Below, piece after piece: positions 1 through 7,058 of a DNA stretch of 64,000 bases (position 1 is the stretch's first letter; every line of letters begins with the position of its first letter). The DNA lies in the NCBI GenBank assembly GCA_965242525.1, contig OZ251459.1, positions 3,136,001 to 3,200,000 of the forward strand, written 5' to 3'. The stretch is from an uncultured Candidatus Binatia bacterium (GTDB lineage Bacteria > Desulfobacterota > Binatia > UBA9968 > JAJDTQ01). The translations under genes and the position numbers were made by a program. The notes under the pieces were generated by a model. It saw only the letters and a program-made list of their open reading frames with translations, was not told where the DNA came from and made no database searches.

Positions 1-1
1 C

Positions 2-1270
2 GATGTCATCGAGGCGTTCCGACTTACCGATGGTGAAGATACGCAGGAGATCCGCCCCCTCGTCATCTTCGATGATGCGCATAGCCTCCATCCTACTCAA
101 CTCAAAGCTCTTCGACGTTGGCTTTCGCGGCGTGAACTCAAGGTCTCAAGATGGGTCCTGACCCGATTCGATGCATTGAACCCGAGAGACGTACTTTTGG
201 ATCAGGCAATAAACGCCGATGAATTGGGTGAATCTGGGATCAAGCCCTCACGCGAAATCACCATTATTTGGATGCAAAGCGGTGAAGAGCGCAGGAGGCA
301 GCGGCAGGAGTTTCGCAAAATGGCCAAGGACATGGCGGGACGCTACCTGAGACAAATGGAAGTGTTCAACCGCCGCGGCCTCGACAACCTTGGCGATCTA
401 CTGTCAACGAAACCTAAGTTGCTTCCAGCCGGTAAGCGCCAGCAACTCGCAAAACACGTCGATACCCTGCAACGCCGGTACGGGGTCTCAAGCGAGCGAC
501 GCCGTGAGTTTGAGAAGGAAGTCAACGATTACCTAGCCAATACGGATGAGAAGGGCCAAGACTTGCGACTCGGAATTTTATCGGTGTTGTTCGAGCGCTA
601 TGCTAAACGGACACAACCTGGCCTGTTCGAAGACGTCTCCAGCAATGCCGAACCTAGCCGACCGTTGAAGGTCAACGCCGGGGTTGCGGATGGAGCACGC
701 ATCCACTTGCTGCACAGCTACGAACGACCTTATTTCTTCGGCATTGACACCTTGTGCGACGCGAGTTCGGAGAATGCAGAACAGTTTCTCCAACTCGCAG
801 GCCGTCTCGTCTCGCAGTGTGAAACCCATCTCATTCGCGGCAAGGAACCAATGCTCACGAGTGATTTCCAAGATAAGCTGTTGCGGGAACGCGCAACTGA
901 GATGGTGCGTGAGTGGAACTTTCCACAGTGTCAACTCGTTCGTCGGCTCGCAAACGGCATTGCGGAGGAATGCCTGACCAAGAGCCTGGAGGGCAACGCA
1001 TCGCTCGGTGGCGGCGCTACCGCCTTTGGAATCCCACAAGAGGAGTTTGAAGCCATTCCCGAAACTCATCCTCATTTGGCGCAAGTTCTCCAATTCGGAG
1101 TTGCCTACAACGCGTTGGTATTGGCACCTAACTATGGCACCAAGAAGCGCTTTTGGTGTCTGATCGAACTCGGTGGCATACTCCTGCTCTGCCATGGGCT
1201 GACGCTCAAACGCGGTGGCTTCCTTGAGCGTCGCACCGACGATCTGGTGCGACTGCTTGATGAGAGGTGA
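2..1270 (+). CDS. P-loop NTPase (ORC/CDC6- or STAND-like), 5'-truncated by window edge
   Basis: Frame is open from nt 2 (DVIEAFRL...). Walker-B-like PLVIFDDAH lies upstream of the ORF-track start at 176. Helical and wHTH-like C-terminus. Lower GC than flanking genes. Family assignment is inference. Confidence 0.6.
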   Translation, partial: DVIEAFRLTDGEDTQEIRPLVIFDDAHSLHPTQLKALRRWLSRRELKVSRWVLTRFDALNPRDVLLDQAINADELGESGIKPSREITIIWMQSGEERRRQRQEFRKMAKDMAGRYLRQMEVFNRRGLDNLGDLLSTKPKLLPAGKRQQLAKHVDTLQRRYGVSSERRREFEKEVNDYLANTDEKGQDLRLGILSVLFERYAKRTQPGLFEDVSSNAEPSRPLKVNAGVADGARIHLLHSYERPYFFGIDTLCDASSENAEQFLQLAGRLVSQCETHLIRGKEPMLTSDFQDKLLRERATEMVREWNFPQCQLVRRLANGIAEECLTKSLEGNASLGGGATAFGIPQEEFEAIPETHPHLAQVLQFGVAYNALVLAPNYGTKKRFWCLIELGGILLLCHGLTLKRGGFLERRTDDLVRLLDER

Positions 1271-1271
1271 G

Positions 1272-2387
1272 ATGAGCCACAAACGTCGCTGGGATCCCTG
1301 TGTTGCCCACCGCGGCAATGAAGTGGGCGAGTTCCTCTACCACTATTTTACACAGCCGGATCGGAAAGTTTTTCTTGTAGCAGGTGCCGGCTTCGACCCC
1401 CGCTCACCTATCGTTTCCGCTCGGCTCAGCAACACTTCCGCGAGTGTGCGTGGGCTACTCATCCAAGAAAAACGCCCCAATCCGTTGCAGAACCAATCGG
1501 ACCGGGCAGATGCAAACACGAAGATTCTTCTCACCATGCTCACTGACCCACAAGTGGTGCCGGTCGAGATCTTCGGACCGGGTGGTGCGGTAGTCGGCGG
1601 ACGCAACATTGTCAGCTTCCTCAGCCAGCAAGACTTGGAGAGCGTGACGGACGTAATCGTCGACGTCAGTGCCCTATCGACAGGCACGAGTTTTCCGATC
1701 ATCCGATACTTCGCTGAGGGTATAGGCCAGAGTAAGGGACATGCCAATCTGCATGTATTCGTTGTTCACGACCCGCGCCTAGATGATGATATTCGATCCA
1801 TATACAGCGATGTACCCAACTACGTCCACGGCTTCAAGGGCCGCTCAACCCTATCTGACACGGCCGACGCGGCGAGGCTGTGGTTGCCACAGTTGGCTAC
1901 CCGACGACGCAACGCGCTCCGACTGCTTTATGGCTTCATCCATCCCCACGATACGTGCCCCATCTTTCCCTTTCCAGCGAGCGATCCTCGTCTCGGGGAT
2001 TTGCTAGCGGAGGAGTATCTGATCGAGATCGAAGACACCTGGGAGGTCGATACACGCAATATCGTCTACGCCGACGAAGATGATCCGCTAGATCTCTATC
2101 GAACAATTCTCAGGCTGGACGACCTTCGCAGGCCTGTTTTCGAGGAAACAGGGGATTCGATGCTCATCCTTTCCCCACTCGGCAGCAAAGTGATGGCTCT
2201 GGGCGCGCTGATGGCGGCACTGGAGCGTAATTTACCTATCGCCCATCTGGAGCCCATCGGCTACGAACTGGAAGAAACAGTACCCGAGAGGATTGACCAG
2301 CCAAATCTCATACACATATGGCTGGAAGGGGATGTTTATCCCCAACCTCGACCCGCGTTGACGACGGCAGGGGCCGTCGCGCGATGA
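1272..2387 (+). CDS. Hypothetical protein, two Rossmann/CARF-like alpha-beta units
   Basis: ATG directly after the upstream stop (1-nt gap). Motifs VFLVAGAGFDPR, VIVDVSALS and LILSPLGSKVMALGALMAA. ATGA overlap with the next gene. Confidence 0.6.
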   Translation: MSHKRRWDPCVAHRGNEVGEFLYHYFTQPDRKVFLVAGAGFDPRSPIVSARLSNTSASVRGLLIQEKRPNPLQNQSDRADANTKILLTMLTDPQVVPVEIFGPGGAVVGGRNIVSFLSQQDLESVTDVIVDVSALSTGTSFPIIRYFAEGIGQSKGHANLHVFVVHDPRLDDDIRSIYSDVPNYVHGFKGRSTLSDTADAARLWLPQLATRRRNALRLLYGFIHPHDTCPIFPFPASDPRLGDLLAEEYLIEIEDTWEVDTRNIVYADEDDPLDLYRTILRLDDLRRPVFEETGDSMLILSPLGSKVMALGALMAALERNLPIAHLEPIGYELEETVPERIDQPNLIHIWLEGDVYPQPRPALTTAGAVAR

Positions 2388-3472
2388 CCTCTGCTACTCA
2401 ACCAAAGATCTTCGGAGCAGGCCTGATAGCTCTCGACTGTGTTGTCGGCCCCGACCCCGAGACGCCTGTTCGCCATTGGGCGGGTGGAACCTGTGGCAAC
2501 GTGCTCTCCATTCTGGCTTGGCTCGGATGGAATGCTTATCCCGTAGCGCGTATGAACGGTGACAGTGCCTCCGAGTGCGTTCGCACGGACATGGCACGCT
2601 GGGGTGTCCATCTCGATTGGATCACATGCGCTCCCACTGCTGACACTCCTATCATTGTCCAGAAAATCCAACGTGGGCGGGATGGCCGGCCCAGGCATCG
2701 GTTCTCCTGGTTGTGCCTGCGCTGTGGTGAAGGGCTACCGCCCTTCAAGGCGATTACCCTCAACGTGGTGGAGAGGATCAGGCCGGCTCTTGCCGATGCA
2801 TCGGTGTTCTTCCTCGATCGCCTGTCGCGCGCAACCCTCACCTTGGCCGCCGAGGCCTCTGCTCACGGTGCCGTGGTGGTGTTCGAGCCATCTAGCAAGA
2901 AGGCGACAGACAAGCTCATGGCGGAAGCGATTTCACTCGCTCACATCGTCAAGTACGCTGACGACCGCATTGCCCGCATCAGCGGCGTAATGGCAAATGA
3001 CTCTGCGGTACTGCTCGAAGTGCAGACCCTTGGGGATCGAGGCCTGAGATACCGCCATCGGCTCGGCCGCGGCATCTCCAATTGGATGTATCTCAAGGCC
3101 GTTCCTGCGCCGCGTCTTGCCGACACCTGCGGCTCTGGTGACTGGTGTACGGCTGGCCTGCTTGCCAAAATCACAGCCGACGGGCAGAAGGGTCTGCGCC
3201 GTGCCGGTGCCCGCGGCGTTCGGGCAGGACTCCGCTATGGGCAGGCACTCGCAGCCTGGAGTTGTAGTTTCGAAGGCGCGCGGAGAGGTATGTACTCCGT
3301 TTCCCGAGAAGCATTCGAAAATCAGATCACAAGTTTGCTTAACGGTCAAACCGCCGGCATCAACGATGCTCCGGTTGGAAATGTTCCGGCACAGGTAGTG
3401 ACCTGCCCAGCCTGTCCTCCTGTGCGACAAAAGTCGCGTCCTCCAAAAGGCGCGCTGTCATTCCGTCTTTGA
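2384..3472 (+). CDS. PfkB/ribokinase-family kinase with extra CxxC motifs
   Basis: AGGTCGNV (PfkB signature 1-like) and DTCGSGD (anion hole/catalytic Asp). CLRC insertion and C-terminal CPAC. Confidence 0.85.
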   Translation: MTSATQPKIFGAGLIALDCVVGPDPETPVRHWAGGTCGNVLSILAWLGWNAYPVARMNGDSASECVRTDMARWGVHLDWITCAPTADTPIIVQKIQRGRDGRPRHRFSWLCLRCGEGLPPFKAITLNVVERIRPALADASVFFLDRLSRATLTLAAEASAHGAVVVFEPSSKKATDKLMAEAISLAHIVKYADDRIARISGVMANDSAVLLEVQTLGDRGLRYRHRLGRGISNWMYLKAVPAPRLADTCGSGDWCTAGLLAKITADGQKGLRRAGARGVRAGLRYGQALAAWSCSFEGARRGMYSVSREAFENQITSLLNGQTAGINDAPVGNVPAQVVTCPACPPVRQKSRPPKGALSFRL

Positions 3473-3629
3473 ATTACATGGACGGCGTGTAGTCTCCTGG
3501 TGTGGATGGGTCACTTACGGTTGGTCGCGTCCTGTCTCAGGCTGTGCGACCGACTATCCGTATGGGAACGGTCTCGCATCGCTCCCTCCCTTGACTGTCT
3601 CTCTACCCTGTCTCACCTCCTTTCCTTCC

Positions 3630-3654
3630 TACCCACACAAAAGCCGGAAGAGCC
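3630..3654. repeat. IS-end-like motif TACCCACACRAAAGCCGGAAGAGCC, copy 1
   Basis: 24/25 identical to 5969-5993. The reverse complement of its end (GGCTCTTCCGGCTT) occurs at 46109. Confidence 0.7.
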
Positions 3655-3702
3655 ACATGGATTAGGTGGTGGATTGAGACAGGCGGCGCGCCGGCCGCTG
3701 GC

Positions 3703-4725
3703 TCACGGCTTCGCCGACGTCCTTGCGCGGCGGTTCCGCTGGTACTTGGCGACGGCCCGGTTGTGTTCCCGGAGGCTGCGGGAGAAATGGTGGCTGCCGT
3801 CGTTCCTGGACACGAAATACAGGTACTCGACGTCGGCCGGAAAGAGCGCCGCGTTCATGGCGGCCATACCGGGGTTGGCGATGGGACCGGGAGGCAGGCC
3901 CCGGATACGGTAGGTGTTGTAGGGGTCCCGGCGGCGGAGGTGGCGGCGCGTGAGGTTGCCGTCGAAGTCCTCGAGGCCGTATATGACCGTGGGGTCGCTC
4001 TGGAGGCGCATCCCCCGCTTCAAGCGGTTGTGGAAGACCGCGGAGACCAGGGGGAACTCGTCGGTCGGGCCGCCTTCCTTTTCGATGATGGAGGCCAGGG
4101 TGACCGCCTCGTGCCGGGTCATGCCCAACTCCTGCGCCCGCGCTTCCATTTCGGGAGTGAACCTGTCCTCGAACTCCGCGAACATGGTCTTGACGATCTC
4201 TTCTTCCGTGGCGAGGACGCGGAAATGATAGGTGGAAGGGAACAGGTAGCCTTCCAGGCTTTCGGTCGGGAGGGAGGCGAGGAGGGCCGGCTCGCCCACC
4301 GCCGCGGCGAACCTCTCCGGCGTCACCAGTCCCCTGCCCACCAGGAGCCGTCCGATCTGCCGGACGGTGAAGCCCTCGGGAACCGTGACCTTGTGGACCA
4401 CGGTCCGGCCCCGCACGAGCCCGTCGAGCACCGCCGCGGGCGACACCGCCCCCTCGAAGCGGTAGATGCCCCGGTGCATCCTGGTGTCGAGTCCGCGAAG
4501 CCGGGCCCACAACGCGAAGAGCCGGGGCTGCGAGACCAAGCCCTTCCGGTGGAGCTCGCGGGCCACCGCGGCGAACGTGTCGCCGCGCCGCACCTCGACC
4601 TCCACCACCTCCGAGTGGCCTTGACGGGGGGTCAGCAGGAACCCGGACACGTAAGCGGCGACCAGGAGCGCCGCGGCCAGAAGGAGGCCGCCGGCAACGA
4701 GAACGTTTCGAGTGGTCTGTGACAT
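3703..4725 (-). CDS. mltG: Endolytic transglycosylase MltG (YceG)
   Basis: N-terminal TM anchor; LEGYLFPSTY, LASIIEKE, LQSDPTVIY, YNTY-x3-GLPPGPIANPG, YLYFVS. Confidence 0.95.
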   Translation of the reverse strand: MSQTTRNVLVAGGLLLAAALLVAAYVSGFLLTPRQGHSEVVEVEVRRGDTFAAVARELHRKGLVSQPRLFALWARLRGLDTRMHRGIYRFEGAVSPAAVLDGLVRGRTVVHKVTVPEGFTVRQIGRLLVGRGLVTPERFAAAVGEPALLASLPTESLEGYLFPSTYHFRVLATEEEIVKTMFAEFEDRFTPEMEARAQELGMTRHEAVTLASIIEKEGGPTDEFPLVSAVFHNRLKRGMRLQSDPTVIYGLEDFDGNLTRRHLRRRDPYNTYRIRGLPPGPIANPGMAAMNAALFPADVEYLYFVSRNDGSHHFSRSLREHNRAVAKYQRNRRARTSAKP

Positions 4726-4855
4726 GCGATCACGGGCAAGACCCACGGGCGGCGCCGGCAAGGCACGGCGGCGAGGCCGTCATGGACGAGAGCTGAAGAA
4801 CGGTTCCCGGTCCGCAATCCGTCGTTCCAATTCCGGATACCCGGTCCTTGCAGCC

Positions 4856-4964
4856 GGAAACCCTGAACAATTCCGGCTTGACCCCCATCTGCCTGTGGAA
4901 AGCGCGTCCTTCGACTTCGCTATGCTACGCTCAGGACGAACGGGAGTAATCGTTCAGAGTTTCC
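4856..4964. mobile_element. MITE-like element with REP-like core
   Basis: TIRs GGAAACCCTGAACAAT...ATCGTTCAGAGTTTCC. Exact 4-bp duplication AGCC on both sides (4852-4855, 4965-4968). Confidence 0.85.
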
Positions 4965-4969
4965 AGCCG

Positions 4970-5545
4970 TCAGTTGTCGGTCACGTTCGTCCTCATCCAC
5001 CCTTCGATCTGCCTGAGGAAGCCGGAAAACGGGTCCGTTCCCGGCGAGTCCGCGAAATATGCCTTGTGCATGTAATCGAGCGCGCCGGAGAAGTACTCGA
5101 ACTTCTCGGAGAGCTCCTGGAACAGCAGGAAGCCGGTGCGGTAGAGCGACAGATCGACTTCGGACACCTTCCAGTAGGAGCGGCTGCCCTCCTTCAGGTA
5201 GTAGTCCAGGTAGCCGCCGCGCTCCACGTACGAACGAAAGATCCCGCTCATGAACAGCGTGTAGTCTCCGAGGTACTTGCGCAGCCGCCTTTCCTGCATC
5301 AGGGGGTTCCCGCCCGAGACCGTCTCCTCGTCCGCGGCCAACATCTCCACCACGCTGTCCAGCTTGTGGTTCCTGCGGGAGCGGGAACGCACCCGGTACA
5401 GCCGGTCGCTGCGGGCGAACTCCGTCAACACCTCGGCCACGTAGCCGGTCACCTGGGCGTCCCGGATGCCCAGCTCCCCGAAGCAGCGCCGCGTCATGTC
5501 GAGAAAGAAACTCTGCATCCGGTCCCTCGAAAGGATCTGTGGCAT
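4970..5545 (-). CDS. Hypothetical all-helical protein
   Basis: 191-aa ORF with protein-like composition (LRKYLGDYTLFMSGIF) and GGAG RBS. Confidence 0.8.
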   Translation of the reverse strand: MPQILSRDRMQSFFLDMTRRCFGELGIRDAQVTGYVAEVLTEFARSDRLYRVRSRSRRNHKLDSVVEMLAADEETVSGGNPLMQERRLRKYLGDYTLFMSGIFRSYVERGGYLDYYLKEGSRSYWKVSEVDLSLYRTGFLLFQELSEKFEYFSGALDYMHKAYFADSPGTDPFSGFLRQIEGWMRTNVTDN

Positions 5546-5639
5546 GGCTCCACCCCGCCGGGAAGTATGCCACCAGCAAACGGGGCCATGTCAACCCTGT
5601 CGCCGCAAGGGGCAGCGTGCCGGGGTCTGGACAACGATC

Positions 5640-5803
5640 CCCGTTCGTCCTGAGCGTAGCCAAGCGAAGCTCCCCCGTTCATCCTGAGCATGGCGAAGCG
5701 AAGACCCCTCATTCATCCCGAGCAAGCGAAACCTCCCATTCATCCTGAGCAAGCCCCCCTCCCGTTCGTCCTGAGCGTAGCGAAGCGAAGTCGAAGGACG
5801 CGC
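5640..5803 (+). repeat. Tandem array of 5 full or partial REP-like cores
   Basis: CCRTTCRTCCYGAGC... units separated by 3-6 nt C-rich linkers. Confidence 0.85.
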
Positions 5804-5831
5804 TTTCCCCCAATCAGCGTCGCGTCGAAGA

Positions 5832-5858
5832 TGGATTCCCGCTTTCGCGGGAATGACG
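5832..5858. repeat. dRS3/REP-like palindrome TGGATTCCCGCTTTCGCGGGAATGACG
   Basis: ATTCCC-N8-GGGAAT hairpin. Identical to 22469-22495 and to the reverse complement of 20591-20617. Confidence 0.85.
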
Positions 5859-5968
5859 GGGTGGGCGTCCGTGGGGCCTGCCTCCCGGCTTACTGCCTGC
5901 CGGGGCAGGCCCCGCGGAAGCGGAGGAACGACGGCATGCCCCCTGTCGTTCCCCCCTCCCTCTTGCCT

Positions 5969-5993
5969 TACCCACACGAAAGCCGGAAGAGCC
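5969..5993. repeat. IS-end-like motif, copy 2
   Basis: TACCCACACGAAAGCCGGAAGAGCC, preceded by a pyrimidine tract as at 3630. Confidence 0.7.
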
Positions 5994-6007
5994 GAAAGGG
6001 TAACGGG

Positions 6008-6036
6008 TTGACCCCACATGCCGCGGCCCGTAACCT
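6008..6036 (+). promoter_or_regulatory. Putative sigma70 promoter of thiD
   Basis: TTGACC-17 nt-TAACCT ending 21 nt before the GTG start. Confidence 0.5.
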
Positions 6037-6057
6037 GCGGGGCTCGGGGGCACTTCC

Positions 6058-6864
6058 GTGACCATCTACAAGGCGCTCACCATCGCGGGATCCGACTCGG
6101 GAGCCGGGGCCGGGCTCCAGGCGGACCTGAAGACCTTTGCGGCCCTGGGGGTGTACGGCGCTTCGGTGGTGACCGCGGTCACCGCCCAGAACACCACCGG
6201 CGTGGCCCGGGTCCTGGAGACCCCGGCGTCGCTGGTGGCTGCCCAGATCGACGCCGTCATGGACGACATCGGCGCCCACGCGGTCAAGACCGGGATGCTC
6301 GCCAACGCCCGCATCATCCGCACGGTGGCCGACAGGGTCGAGCGGCACGGAGTCGAGCGCCTGGTGGTGGACCCGGTGATGGCGGCCAAGGGAGGGCGCG
6401 CGCTCCTGCGGCCCGACGCGGTGGAGACGTTGCTCACCCGCCTGTTCCCGCTGGCCGCGGTGGTCACTCCCAACCTCCCCGAGGCGCAAGCGCTGACGGG
6501 GGTGGAGGGAACCGGGGCGCGCGCCATCGAGGAGATGGCCAGGCGCATGGTGGGTATGGGCGCGAGGAGCGCGGTGGTCAAGGGGGGCCACCGACGAGGC
6601 GCCGCAATCGACGTCTTCTACGACGGCTCGGCGTTCCACGAGTTCCCCGCCCCGCGGATACGCACCAAGAACACCCACGGCACCGGCTGCACCTATTCAG
6701 CGGCCCTGGCCTGCGGCTTGGCCCGGAACAAGCCCCTGGAGACCGCGGTGGCCGACGCCAAGGAGTTCGTCACCCGGGCCATCCGCCATGCCTTCGCCAT
6801 CGGCGCCGGGCACAGCCCGGTGCACCACTTCCACCGCTACTGGACCGGGGACCGCAGCCGTTGA
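6058..6864 (+). CDS. thiD: Hydroxymethylpyrimidine/phosphomethylpyrimidine kinase
   Basis: ALTIAGSDSGAGAGLQADLKTF, VVDPVM, TPNLPEA, HGTGCTYSAA. Confidence 0.95.
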   Translation: MTIYKALTIAGSDSGAGAGLQADLKTFAALGVYGASVVTAVTAQNTTGVARVLETPASLVAAQIDAVMDDIGAHAVKTGMLANARIIRTVADRVERHGVERLVVDPVMAAKGGRALLRPDAVETLLTRLFPLAAVVTPNLPEAQALTGVEGTGARAIEEMARRMVGMGARSAVVKGGHRRGAAIDVFYDGSAFHEFPAPRIRTKNTHGTGCTYSAALACGLARNKPLETAVADAKEFVTRAIRHAFAIGAGHSPVHHFHRYWTGDRSR

Positions 6865-6901
6865 CCGTCCAACCGTTCCACCAAACCCCGAACGATTTTT
6901 C

Positions 6902-7041
6902 GGAACCTCTGGACAATCGAGACATCCAGGATGGATTCCCGATTCCCTCGCCCTGACGCCTTTATCCCCGTTCATCCTGAGCGTAGCGAAGCGAAGTCGA
7001 AGGACGCGCTCATGCCCCTGTCCCGATCGTTCGGAGGTTCC
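6902..7041. mobile_element. MITE-like element (140-bp variant)
   Basis: GGAACCTCTGGACAATCG...CGATCGTTCGGAGGTTCC. Highly similar to 22323-22463 and 47637-47771. Confidence 0.8.
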
Positions 7042-7058
7042 TTCCCTTCCCTTGCCCG

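Noticed and set aside
3500-3913. 137-aa ORF as a fourth gene of the first operon
   Set aside because: It overlaps mltG antisense for over 200 nt, runs through the repeat motif and has no protein-like features.
5564-5594. Sigma70 promoter for 4970-5545 (TTGACA...CATACT on minus strand)
   Set aside because: Spacing is 19 nt, too long to call.
5640-5803. Tandem repeats as a CRISPR array (also 18548-18650 and 27186-27294)
   Set aside because: Linkers are only a few nt, units are degenerate and dispersed across the window, and no cas genes are present.
5994-6057. TPP riboswitch upstream of thiD
   Set aside because: No TPP aptamer motifs; the space is occupied by repeats and a short promoter.
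5591-6061. Short ORFs containing PFVLSVAKRSRRT / RPSTSLRYAQDER / SFDFASLRSGRTG
   Set aside because: These are translations of the REP-like core, not genes.
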